From the NCBI GenBank assembly GCA_015486155.1, contig WFSF01000202.1, positions 1 through 56,180 of the forward strand: a DNA stretch of 56,180 nt, given 5' to 3'. This DNA is from Armatimonadota bacterium. Its GTDB lineage: Bacteria; Armatimonadota; Hebobacteria; Hebobacterales; Hebobacteraceae. The position numbers were made by a program, and so were the translations under genes. The notes beneath the pieces are model-generated. The model had not been told where the DNA came from and made no database searches. It was given only the letters and a program-made list of their open reading frames with translations. Positions 34,739 to 44,206 of this stretch are shown here, one piece after another. Each line of letters opens with the position of its first letter. Position 1 is the stretch's first letter.

Positions 34739-35473
34739 CTACTTCCTGTCCCGCAAAGCTGGCAGCGCCGCTAAGAAGCTGTCGGCGTAGTCATTGGCCT
34801 TCTTACGTACATAGCCAGGCAGAATGCAATAGGCAAAAACGATGGCTGCCGCGGCAAACAACGTATACGCTACAGGGCCAACTAGTGAGCAGCTATGGCA
34901 CATGTATCCTATCCACAGGACGATCATGCTGCCAACGGCTAGCGGCACCCAGATCGTGCGAAGCCCTGCCAAGTTCCTCGCAAAGCCGTAATCTGCATTG
35001 TGCAGGTCCACCCGTCGACCTTCATGAGTTTGCCAGAGACGCGACTGCAGTGTTGTAACCGCGTCGTTGATCACTCTGTCAAGCTCCGCAACATCTCCTT
35101 GCTCTGCGGCGGCTTCTATGTCAAGCCCGGTCAGATCCTTGATGGTCTGCCATAAGAGTCTCTTCTGCTGTGTCGAGAGTTCGTCATTCTTAGGGTGTAG
35201 CCGACGATGGGTAGGTGCATCATGTGGCCAAGTAGGCCAGAGCTGCGCTTGGAAACGGTTTCCCAGGGCAGAGGCAACGTGGGACAGGCCTACCCCCAGC
35301 GCAGTCCAAATGCCGAGTCCCGACAGCATGCCTGTCAGCCAATCACCGTCTTTCCATTGACATATGGCCAGCAAAGGCAGGAGTGGTGCCAGAGCCAGAA
35401 CTGCTGGGGCAAGCCGTGCCTTTCTCTCATAGGAATCACTCAGATTCGCGTACCTTAGAAACCTGGTCGACAT
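34739..35473 (-). CDS. Membrane protein, unknown function (2 N-terminal plus 2 C-terminal TM helices around a soluble helical insert)
   Basis: 244 aa. Hydrophobic segments are LAPAVLALAPLLPLLAI, GIWTALGVGLSHVA, IWVPLAVGSMIVLWIGY and VAYTLFAAAAIVFAYCIL. It starts 29 nt downstream of the MBL gene. Confidence 0.6.
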   Translation of the reverse strand: MSTRFLRYANLSDSYERKARLAPAVLALAPLLPLLAICQWKDGDWLTGMLSGLGIWTALGVGLSHVASALGNRFQAQLWPTWPHDAPTHRRLHPKNDELSTQQKRLLWQTIKDLTGLDIEAAAEQGDVAELDRVINDAVTTLQSRLWQTHEGRRVDLHNADYGFARNLAGLRTIWVPLAVGSMIVLWIGYMCHSCSLVGPVAYTLFAAAAIVFAYCILPGYVRKKANDYADSFLAALPALRDRK

Positions 35474-35501
35474 AGAGGTCCTTCCGCGGGGGGTCCCTCA
35501 T

Positions 35502-36509
35502 CTATTTATTGGCTGGACACTTGCCAGCATCAATAGCGCTCCAACCAGGACGAGATGGTTTGCCGCCGCCTCGGTGACAGATTACGTTTCCCCAGTCGCG
35601 CTGACAACCGGGATAGCAGTCGTCGGTTTTTTCCGAGCATAGGATCTTAGCACCTACTGAACGGAGGGCTTCAAGTACCTCCCGCTCGGGATGCCCATGA
35701 TGATTTGGCCCTACCGGGACACAGGCTACCTCCGGACGAATGCGTTCAACCAACTCGTCATCTAGACCTGTCTTACTACCGTGGTGCGGCACTTTCAAGT
35801 AGGAATATGGTCCGTTAGAGACGACATCCTTCAGGACCGTTGCTCCGGCGTCACCTGTAAAGAGCGCTTCTGCTTTCCCCTTGTACCAGAGTTCTAACAC
35901 GATGCTCGAGTTATTGCTCGCGGTGGTCGGGGGTGGCGCTTTGGCTCCCTCAGGGACCGTAGCAGACGTAGCCTTTGCAAGTTCAAGGGACTCCTCGAGA
36001 ATCTGGTCGGCCCATGCGGTCTCTAACATCTCGTCGGTCGGACTTACCACTGCGAGACTGATATCCTCCCCGAACTGCCAAGACTCACCCCTAAGAGCTC
36101 CGGTCACTTTAATCCCCTTCTCCTGTGCGAGCTTCACCAGACTATCGGCGGTCTGCACACCTTCGACCATCTCCTTCACAGACACGACGTCAAAAACGGC
36201 ACTCAAATGATCGCGAGCTGCCAACCACGCTTTCATCGTGCCTGGAACATTGAGCACAAGTTCGCGCACGCTAACTGCGTTCAGGACCTCGGACAGGCCA
36301 CCAATATGGTCATCGTCCAGATGGGTTCCGATGACGAGATCAAGTCCAGTAGAGGCGTACTGCTTGACGTGTTGGACCATGTTGGTTGAGTTCCCCTGGC
36401 GCCCTCCGTCAATCAGCACGTAATGCTCGACACCATCATCATCATCGAGAGTCAGCATGAAGCAATCTCCGTAGTGCACGTTCACCATGTCAATATAGTA
36501 GCCCATCAC
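35502..36509 (-). CDS. Metallo-beta-lactamase-fold hydrolase (ComEC/Rec2-related type)
   Basis: 335 aa. Motifs GDCFMLT, VIGTHLDDDHIGG (an HxHxDH-type motif variant), VPHHGSKTG, and a Cys-rich C-terminal tail. AGGAGGAAG SD. Confidence 0.8.
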   Translation of the reverse strand: MMGYYIDMVNVHYGDCFMLTLDDDDGVEHYVLIDGGRQGNSTNMVQHVKQYASTGLDLVIGTHLDDDHIGGLSEVLNAVSVRELVLNVPGTMKAWLAARDHLSAVFDVVSVKEMVEGVQTADSLVKLAQEKGIKVTGALRGESWQFGEDISLAVVSPTDEMLETAWADQILEESLELAKATSATVPEGAKAPPPTTASNNSSIVLELWYKGKAEALFTGDAGATVLKDVVSNGPYSYLKVPHHGSKTGLDDELVERIRPEVACVPVGPNHHGHPEREVLEALRSVGAKILCSEKTDDCYPGCQRDWGNVICHRGGGKPSRPGWSAIDAGKCPANK

Positions 36510-36682
36510 TTCCTCCTATCCGTCCAGAATCTGCCATCCGTAGGGGCAACCTGTTTGGTGGCTCTCTGGATACAGACGTAGCAGTCAAACCAAAAACTGA
36601 GCACCTTGCCGTGCCTTGGTAGTAGAATAACATGAACTTCTTGTTCGTGTAAAGACTACTCCCTCTGTACCTGAGTGGCTCA

Positions 36683-38683
36683 TCACCTTGACCGCTGATC
36701 TTCCTCAGCCCGGAGAATCGTCTTCAGCAGCACCTTCTCGGTCTGTAGAGTACTCCTGCTCCTATCCATGACCACCATTTCATTAAACCCCGCCTCCTCG
36801 CACTTTCTGCGATTCGCTTCTGCGTCTGACTTGCCCGTCTCGATCTCCATGGCGATCCGCTCGCCGTCCTTGGAGGCCACCAGGTCAACGGTCCTGCCGC
36901 CGCCGACCGGAACCTCCTCCCCTACTTCGTAGCCCCGGCTCCTGTAATCCTCGGCGATCCTGTGTCTCCAGTACTCGTGTTCCAGGCTGGCATTTTTCGG
37001 GAACGGTTTGACGGGAACACGCCAGGATTGGAGCAAGTCCTTGCCTTCGGGGGTAATCTGCAACAGGCTGACCTTGCCCTCAGGCACGGGCAGGTCTTCC
37101 TGAACGGTGAGGCCGCGCTTCAGGAGCGCTTTCTTGACTTTGGTCCCTGTGTGCGCCGTCCAGCCCAGTCTCTTGTAGCGCTCGGTCACGGTGGACAGAG
37201 GATGCTCTGCAATATCGAGCAGCAGCTGGCGCTCCCGGTCAGGTATTCGGCTGGTTTCCCTCTTCCTTGTGTCTGTCCCGCGAAGGGGCCGAATCGCCTC
37301 ATTCATGGCCGTCCGGAGCTCCAGGGGTCTCGCCACAGGCGAATCGGTCTGGCCTGTCTTGCCGCGGGGCTGGGAAGGTCTTTCGGTGACGGGAAAGAGC
37401 GGAAACCGCACCAGGAAAGGCGTCGGGAAGCGATCCGGAACTTTGACTATGCCCTGTCCCGCGGGCAGCCTGGCGATGTGCTCCCGCCGGTCTCTGGGCA
37501 GGGCGAGCGCCTTGCCGGCAGCCTCCAGGTCATCGGCGTGCTTCAGGTTGAGACAGATGGTCACGCCGGTGTTTCCCAGGGAGGGCGTGGACAACAGGCT
37601 CGGGTTTTGGTCCATCAGAATCAGGGCCTGGCCCAGGTCCCTCATCTGCCGCAGCATGAGGTCATGTGTTGACTGGTCTTGGCCGGGTGTGCGCAGAAAC
37701 AAGTGATGGGCCTCTTCGATTATGAGCGCGTGTTTGAAGGCGCTCGATGCCCTTCCCTCGGCAAGCCGGTAGTAGAACAACCAGAGCAGCAGCGCTTTCG
37801 TGAAGGCGACGCGGTCTGTCTGGCTCCCCAGGCCGTCGAGTTCCAATATGACCGGGCTATGGAGAATATCGGTTATGCCTGCCTCTCCCGGCTGGTTGAA
37901 GATTGTGCCGATGGGCCCAGTAGTCAGTTTGAGCAGGACGTTCTGGGCGGATGCGGTCCAGTCGCGCTCCCGCGACCGGGGCCGGTATTTGTCCAGATAG
38001 GCCTTGATATCGTTGAAGGTTGCCGGTTTCCCCGAGATGATGCCGAAGTGGCCGAGGGCCTTCAGCAGGAAGTATTCGACGCCCCTGGTGCTGAGCAGGT
38101 GAAAGCCCGGCAGGTAGGTGGTGCAGATGGAAGACAAGATGTCTCGCAGATACGCTTCGCGCTGGCTCTGGGTGAGATTGCCCGGCGGGTCGAGGGGATT
38201 GAAGGATAGCGATTCCGGCTCACCCAGGGAGAAGATCAGGATGTCCTTCCCTTCGGGACGGAAACGGAAGTGCCGGTAGTTCCTGCGCCAGTCCAGAACG
38301 ATAAAAGGTTTGCCGGCGCGCAGCAGATTCCAAACCAGCAGGTATCCGATGTTGGATTTGCCCGCGCCTGACCTGCCAAGAATAGCCAGGTGCTGGGCCA
38401 GTTCTCCCTCGCGCAGGCCGAAGGGGCAGGCGCGTTTGCCCGCGTAAGTTACCCATCCGAGCGTGTAATCGCCGGCGGCCTGGTGCCTGGATGGAGGTTC
38501 CAGCAGCAAGTGCTGCCTGGCGTAGTCTTCCCCGAGCAGTTCGGCCGCCATCGCGCGGGCGACGGCCCTGACGTCCTCGTGCCGGGATGGATCGAGCAGT
38601 GCAGTAAGCCACAAAGCGTCGGCCGTCTCACCGATGACAGGACGAAGCTTCGCCAGGATATCATGGAAGTCGCCGCGGACCAT
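36683..38683 (-). CDS. HerA/FtsK-like (DUF87-type) P-loop ATPase fused to wHTH and PD-(D/E)XK-like nuclease domains
   Basis: Start set at MVRGDFHDIL (ATG 38683, 4 nt after the upstream stop). Walker A ILGRSGAGKSN, Walker B ALIIEEAHHLF. C-terminus GYEVGEEVPVGGGRTVDLVASKDGERIAMEIETGKSD (D...E-x-E..K), preceded by a wHTH-like segment. Confidence 0.8.
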   Translation of the reverse strand: MVRGDFHDILAKLRPVIGETADALWLTALLDPSRHEDVRAVARAMAAELLGEDYARQHLLLEPPSRHQAAGDYTLGWVTYAGKRACPFGLREGELAQHLAILGRSGAGKSNIGYLLVWNLLRAGKPFIVLDWRRNYRHFRFRPEGKDILIFSLGEPESLSFNPLDPPGNLTQSQREAYLRDILSSICTTYLPGFHLLSTRGVEYFLLKALGHFGIISGKPATFNDIKAYLDKYRPRSRERDWTASAQNVLLKLTTGPIGTIFNQPGEAGITDILHSPVILELDGLGSQTDRVAFTKALLLWLFYYRLAEGRASSAFKHALIIEEAHHLFLRTPGQDQSTHDLMLRQMRDLGQALILMDQNPSLLSTPSLGNTGVTICLNLKHADDLEAAGKALALPRDRREHIARLPAGQGIVKVPDRFPTPFLVRFPLFPVTERPSQPRGKTGQTDSPVARPLELRTAMNEAIRPLRGTDTRKRETSRIPDRERQLLLDIAEHPLSTVTERYKRLGWTAHTGTKVKKALLKRGLTVQEDLPVPEGKVSLLQITPEGKDLLQSWRVPVKPFPKNASLEHEYWRHRIAEDYRSRGYEVGEEVPVGGGRTVDLVASKDGERIAMEIETGKSDAEANRRKCEEAGFNEMVVMDRSRSTLQTEKVLLKTILRAEEDQRSR

Positions 38684-38687
38684 GTAA

Positions 38688-39323
38688 TCACGATGGAGCC
38701 TCCCGATTCTTGGCCGTGTCCTTGGTCCTGCCCAGGGAATCAATCTCGCGCCTGAGGGCCCGGATTTCTCGGCCCAGCGCCAGCAAATCGCGCCAGCTCA
38801 TGACGGTCTCTTGCCTTCGCTGCCGCTTGAGCTCCAGCAGTTGCCGCTCCAGATGCCTTCGCTTTTCGAAGTCGTTCAGGACCATGTGGCCCTTCAGCAG
38901 GGACAGCGAACGGTCGCACTCCTCGATGTCAGAATCGATATCCTCCAATGCTGCCGCGGTCATTTTCTTTCTCTGGTCACGCGCGGCTTCAAGCTCCCGC
39001 AGTGTAGCATTGAGCAAATCGAGCCGGTCGGAGAAGAGAGAACGCATCAATTGAAGAGGCCGGAACCTGGGTTCTCCATCCCTTTCCGTCGGTCTCCGGT
39101 CCGGCGCTTCGAGGGGCGACCAGTCCTCAAGCGGATGCGACAAATCAGGAATAGCCGACTCCTCTACGGAGTCAGGGGGTAAGGACAAAGATGGATCGGT
39201 AGCCCGGGCTGCGTAGGATTGGCGCTCCAAGTCCCAGCTGAGGGGATAAGGCTGGTAGGTGGGATAGACCTTGTCCAATGGCAAGCGAGAACGGGGCATG
39301 CGCGACCACAGGCACAGGACCAT
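38688..39323 (-). CDS. Coiled-coil protein, unknown function
   Basis: 211 aa (or from ATG 39299). The C-terminal half is heptad-like (LLNATLRELEAARDQRKKM...LERQLLELKRQRRQE...IRALRREIDSL). It is immediately upstream of the ATPase. Confidence 0.6.
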   Translation of the reverse strand: MVLCLWSRMPRSRLPLDKVYPTYQPYPLSWDLERQSYAARATDPSLSLPPDSVEESAIPDLSHPLEDWSPLEAPDRRPTERDGEPRFRPLQLMRSLFSDRLDLLNATLRELEAARDQRKKMTAAALEDIDSDIEECDRSLSLLKGHMVLNDFEKRRHLERQLLELKRQRRQETVMSWRDLLALGREIRALRREIDSLGRTKDTAKNREAPS

Positions 39324-39650
39324 GTGTTGTGCAAGCAGCTATAAATCTATGATGCGGGGACGACACGCCAGTGGCGCATATGACTGAACGGGAGACCAAC
39401 CGCGGAAACGCAGAGCGGTATTGACGATGGCGCATCGCGCTCCTTGTTTGGCTTGCATGAGAGACCAGGGAAAGAAGGCAGCAAACCCAGTGCTTGACGA
39501 GCGGCGCCATGCCGCATACGATACCGGGGAGAGACTCCGCCCAGCCTTGACAACATCAGGATACCGTACGTCACGGGCAGGAGGCAGGATATAATCCAAA
39601 GGTGAGACGACGTGAGCCACAGGCCACCGCTCATCGCTAGCGGGAGTTGA

Positions 39651-42600
39651 ATGGCAATCCTTCGCTCAGATATCGAAAGAGCCTTGGACGATCTCGTATC
39701 CAATCAGGAAGGGATGAGATTCCAGGGCTTGGCAGTAGTGCTGGCCAAGAAAAGATGGCCGGACCTGATCGCGTGCGAACGCCACAGAGATCTGGGTGCC
39801 GATGCCATCGCAGAGGCTCCCTTTGCTGCTGAAGGCGAGGGGAAGGTCTTCGCGTGCTCCATTAGCGCTTCAATTGCGAAAATATGCTCTGATGCAGAGA
39901 AGGCAAAGGCTAACTTCAAGAACATAACGAAGATGATCTTCGCGACTCCACGGGGCATCTCAAAAACAAAGGAGAAGCAGTGGGCGGAAAAGATCAAGAA
40001 GGACTTCGGCATGGATCTGACCATAATGTCGCGCGAAGATATCATCACGTCGCTGATGGACCCGACCAATGCTTCTCTTCTGAAAAGCCACCTCGGCATC
40101 CACGTGGAAATCGAGCCGGCGCTGTCAGAGCTAGTTGAACAGGTGAAAGAGGCGGCAGCAGAGGTAACTACTGCATGGTCTAAGCGCCTCGCGGGCAAGC
40201 CTCTTCTAGAACTGCGCGCACGAAAGATTGATCCCGAGGGACGGGATTCCGCGGACGTTCTTCAATTCAGCGACATTGCCGCTGCGCTGCTTCAGGGAAC
40301 GCGCGTTGTCCTGGAGGGACCCGCCGGCCGCGGCAAGACAACGACTCTCATCCAGCTTGCAGAAGAGCGTGCCAAAGCCGGAGGGATATCATTTCTGATC
40401 GATCTGACCGCTTGGACAAAGTCGGGAAGTGGAATTCTTGAGTTCATAGCGGGTATGCCTCAGTTTCAGGCTCGTTCACTGGACGCAGCGATACTGGCGC
40501 GAGTGTACACCGCCGAGCATTTCTCGTTCCTCCTGAACGGTTGGAACGAGATTGGGGAATCCGAGTTCCGTCACGCTGAAAGTGCTCTCCGGTCGCTGGA
40601 GCGGGATTTCCCGGCCGCGGGGATTATCGTCGCAACACGAACGCATCACATCGTTCCGCAGTTACCCAGAGCCGTCCGGGCGAGACTCCTTACGTTGACA
40701 AGGCGCGAGCGCGCTGCATACCTGAAAGATCGATTGGGTGTGCGCGCGGGCCAGCTTCGCAGTAAGCTCGATGGCGATCCCGTGCTGGACGATCTGACCC
40801 GGACACCGTTCTTCCTTTCGGAAGTCACATCGCTCTTCGAAGCAGACGAGCCCATCCCATCAACGAAGATCGGTGTTCTTACTGTCGTGATACGGTTGGT
40901 GGAACGGTCTGACGAGCACCGAAATCGTTTACAGGAACCCCCGCTTGCTGGCCGGGCGCGGGATTATCTTGGCGAGCTTGCTACCAGAATGACCGCTCAA
41001 GGTACGGTCATCATCTCCGAAGAGAAAGCGCGCCAAGCTGTCAGCGACGTCGGCACTTCTCTGAAGCATTCCGGACAGATAGCCAACGTGCCAGATCCTA
41101 GCGGCGTGCTGGGCGCACTTTGCGCCCAGCATGTTCTGGAGCGGCAGGACTACCCGGAAGTTGTCTTTCGATTCGAACATCAGCAATTTCAGGAATTCTA
41201 TGCAGCCGTTACTATCGGCAAGCATCTCTTCGAAGTCTTGCCAGAAGCGGATGAAGAGAAGAGACGGGAGTTCACGAGACTATACGTCAATGAGCCAGCC
41301 TGGGCTGAGCCTCTGCGATTACTGGCAGACGATGTCCGAGGCCGTTCTGGTGGCACGAACGGAACGCGTGCTATTGAGGCGGGAACACTCCTTGTCAGAA
41401 TGGCACTGAGCGTCGATCCCGTCTTCGCCGCCGAACTAGCGCGCCTCTGCGGCCCGCATGTCTGGAAGCAGGTTCGAACCGCCATAAGCGATCGGCTCCG
41501 CTCATTGTATGCAGCCTCGGACGCTTCTTGGAGGAATTGCGCACTCGCAGGAATGCTAGCAACTGGATCGGACGACTTCAAGGATATCGTTGAGCCGTTA
41601 GTTTCCAGCGATGACCAGCAGGTTTCCCTTGGTACATACCGGACATGGGATGAGTTTCACGTGTCGAGTCTGGGACCGGGCTGGTGCGACACGGTCGGCA
41701 GTTGGGGGGAGACGGCGCGAGTTACCTTCGTCTCCGAGGTCCTTCGTCACCAAAATGCTCCACAGGTAGCCGCTTTCGCACTGACCGATCCGAGTACAAA
41801 GGTGAAGGAAGCCGCCATTCAGAGGCTTTGCTGGATAGGGGCAGAGGAAGACGCCGCCCAGTTCCTGGACTCGCTTGACGAACCCACTTTCGACCTGATT
41901 GTGGAGCACCTAGGCCCGCGGTTCATTCCGAAACCCATTCGGACTCGGGCAATAGCTGTACTACAACAATGCCGAGCGAAAGCAACTGACCCACTCGCGA
42001 GGTTGCGCACTCTGCTGAGGACGTTCGAAATGGGAGTGCCCAAAGACGTTGATCAGATAAAAGAGGACTTGGAGAGCATTACTGAGAGGATCGACGAGCA
42101 CCAAGCGTACTATGTCATCAGGCCCGCATTAGACATTGTGCGAGAAAAGGATCCGCTGTGGGTAAGTGCCTGGGTTGCTGGAAGGATCGCCGATGGATTC
42201 CTACGGCACGAGTCCTGGCACAACATGATCACCGCGGTTCCTGAAGGGCTCGAACAGGAACTGTTGCATAGACTTGAAACGGAGGATCTCAACCACGCTC
42301 ATCTCGACGATATTATCGCCGTGCTGGCTGCAGATGCCGATGTCACCATGGTCGAGCGGGCGTTTGCGAAGCTTTGTGACCTCCGCCGGACTATAACTAA
42401 TGAGCCGGACCAAAGGCACGAGTTCGAATGGGCCATCGAGAGGCAACTCGAAACGCTGTTGAAGGCCTTGCCAGCGAGTATCGCCGTCGCTGGGATGTCG
42501 AGATGCTTCTCGAAGGAGGTAGACATCGTTGAGCTTGACGTCATTACCCGCGTCTTTAGCAGCGTGGCCTGCGCGGATCTCGAACTCAGAGAGCAGCTTG

Positions 42601-44186
42601 ATGTCAACTTACGAGAGCAGTTCCGTGCCTATCTCAAGAATGCTATAGCACTTGTGCTTCAGCAGGACGACTTTTCAGGCCAGCTCAAGGCAAACGTCGG
42701 TTCAGTTCTGGCATCGGTTGGCGCACCGGAGGACATGGCCGAAATGCGTGAGCTGATCCTGGCCGATATTGAAAGAGTCAGGAGAGGACGGGCCGCCCGC
42801 GCCCGAGGTGATCGCGGAAGGTTGGGGAACGGCGCAGTCATGAGCTGGGCGGTCTGGCACATTCGGGCTGCTGTCAAGCTTGACCCGGCGGGCTCAGACG
42901 CGCTCCTGCTGGATCTCTTGACCGAGCCTGAGTATGAGCGCTACGTTGCGGCTGAATTGTCTCGTCTGGTGGCCCCGCCCGCGGCCAAAGATGGATTGCT
43001 GCGGAAGGTAGACTACGGGCGGGTCTGGGAAGCGCGTGCAGGAGTCCAAGAGGAACCTCAGAAGGAACGGCGGAAGCGCTACGCAGCCGCCTTGCGAAGC
43101 CGCATAGAGACGCTTTTGGAAGAACGCTCTAGCACCAAGCAGAAACGTTCCTACGATTCGAGATTGAGAGCACTCGGCGTTGCCCTTGCAGCAATTGACA
43201 GCCACGGGTCAGCCGACTTGGTTTTCGAGGTGATGTCGCTTCCGGATGAATGGGACAACTACACACGCGTCAAGGCATTTGAAGCACTGCTTCTTAGTGG
43301 CGTCGTTTTGCCCACGGACAAGACCCTGACTTTGCTAGACCCCTTACTTGAGCGATGCCGAAAGTATGGCGAGCAGCAAGACCAATGGCTATTGGAACGG
43401 TACTTGTGTCTTCTGCCGTTCGTGGACGATCCTGCTAAAGGCATCGAGAGAATGCGTCAGTTGGTGTCCGAGCTGAGGCTGTCTGGCTATCAGTTGCGAG
43501 AAATGGTAGAAGCGCTCTCGCATTGTCGGTGCGACCAAGCGTTATCCTTCCTAGTCGAACTTGGATCAGACAAGGCGAACATGGAACAGCTCGGAGATAA
43601 ATGGATTGAAGCAGTGGCTGCCGTTGACAGCCCTGAATCTCGGGACCTGCTCCTTAGTTTCGTCGATCCAGAGCTACCAGGATTGCCTGCTGGAGTCGGG
43701 TTGCCGCGGGATGATGTGCTTGCAGTCCGACTGGCCGAGTTGGCTCGGAGAGATCAAGCAGTCAAGCATCGGCTTCTCTGCCTGTGTGGCTCCGAGCTGC
43801 CAGCAGCGAAACGATCTCTGCTTGCAAAGGTCGTGGGGCAGATTGGCGATGTGGAAGCTATTTGTGCCGGTCTCAATCTTATCGATGACACGGCCAGCAT
43901 GCCCGTTCCCCACGGGATATTGAGACAGATCGAAGGTGCGTTTGTTGAAAGGCAACCGTATGGCGGGAGGTATGACATCTATACTCTCGAACCTCGAAGC
44001 TCCAATGCAATCAGGGCCAGGCTTTTTGAGATGGCGACCACGGATGAGCAGCGCAAGAGATCGGCATTGAGGCTCCTAGGACAAATCGAAGAGTGGCGGC
44101 TCGAGTACGGTAGACCAGTTGGAGAACCTCGACACCCCGCATTCGATTCGGGTAAACCCTGGCCCGCAATGCTGCACGCACAGTAG
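39651..44186 (+). CDS. STAND/NACHT-type NTPase with N-terminal restriction-endonuclease-like domain and C-terminal HEAT/ARM-like repeats
   Basis: 1511 aa. N-terminus FQGLAVVLAKKRWPDLIACERHRDLGADAIAE is Mrr-like, but I see no clear QxK. Walker A is VLEGPAGRGKTTTL and Walker B-like is FSFLLNGWNEI. The roughly 900-aa helical repeat tail has HEAT-like periodicity. Confidence 0.85.
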   Translation: MAILRSDIERALDDLVSNQEGMRFQGLAVVLAKKRWPDLIACERHRDLGADAIAEAPFAAEGEGKVFACSISASIAKICSDAEKAKANFKNITKMIFATPRGISKTKEKQWAEKIKKDFGMDLTIMSREDIITSLMDPTNASLLKSHLGIHVEIEPALSELVEQVKEAAAEVTTAWSKRLAGKPLLELRARKIDPEGRDSADVLQFSDIAAALLQGTRVVLEGPAGRGKTTTLIQLAEERAKAGGISFLIDLTAWTKSGSGILEFIAGMPQFQARSLDAAILARVYTAEHFSFLLNGWNEIGESEFRHAESALRSLERDFPAAGIIVATRTHHIVPQLPRAVRARLLTLTRRERAAYLKDRLGVRAGQLRSKLDGDPVLDDLTRTPFFLSEVTSLFEADEPIPSTKIGVLTVVIRLVERSDEHRNRLQEPPLAGRARDYLGELATRMTAQGTVIISEEKARQAVSDVGTSLKHSGQIANVPDPSGVLGALCAQHVLERQDYPEVVFRFEHQQFQEFYAAVTIGKHLFEVLPEADEEKRREFTRLYVNEPAWAEPLRLLADDVRGRSGGTNGTRAIEAGTLLVRMALSVDPVFAAELARLCGPHVWKQVRTAISDRLRSLYAASDASWRNCALAGMLATGSDDFKDIVEPLVSSDDQQVSLGTYRTWDEFHVSSLGPGWCDTVGSWGETARVTFVSEVLRHQNAPQVAAFALTDPSTKVKEAAIQRLCWIGAEEDAAQFLDSLDEPTFDLIVEHLGPRFIPKPIRTRAIAVLQQCRAKATDPLARLRTLLRTFEMGVPKDVDQIKEDLESITERIDEHQAYYVIRPALDIVREKDPLWVSAWVAGRIADGFLRHESWHNMITAVPEGLEQELLHRLETEDLNHAHLDDIIAVLAADADVTMVERAFAKLCDLRRTITNEPDQRHEFEWAIERQLETLLKALPASIAVAGMSRCFSKEVDIVELDVITRVFSSVACADLELREQLDVNLREQFRAYLKNAIALVLQQDDFSGQLKANVGSVLASVGAPEDMAEMRELILADIERVRRGRAARARGDRGRLGNGAVMSWAVWHIRAAVKLDPAGSDALLLDLLTEPEYERYVAAELSRLVAPPAAKDGLLRKVDYGRVWEARAGVQEEPQKERRKRYAAALRSRIETLLEERSSTKQKRSYDSRLRALGVALAAIDSHGSADLVFEVMSLPDEWDNYTRVKAFEALLLSGVVLPTDKTLTLLDPLLERCRKYGEQQDQWLLERYLCLLPFVDDPAKGIERMRQLVSELRLSGYQLREMVEALSHCRCDQALSFLVELGSDKANMEQLGDKWIEAVAAVDSPESRDLLLSFVDPELPGLPAGVGLPRDDVLAVRLAELARRDQAVKHRLLCLCGSELPAAKRSLLAKVVGQIGDVEAICAGLNLIDDTASMPVPHGILRQIEGAFVERQPYGGRYDIYTLEPRSSNAIRARLFEMATTDEQRKRSALRLLGQIEEWRLEYGRPVGEPRHPAFDSGKPWPAMLHAQ

Positions 44187-44187
44187 T

Positions 44188-44206
44188 GGTCTGACGGGTT
44201 CAGACC
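44188..44206 (+). terminator. Hairpin directly after the STAND gene stop (weak intrinsic terminator candidate)
   Basis: GGTCTGA-CGGGT-TCAGACC, a 7-bp stem starting 2 nt after TAG 44184-44186. It is followed by TTCA, so the U-tract is poor. Confidence 0.3.
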
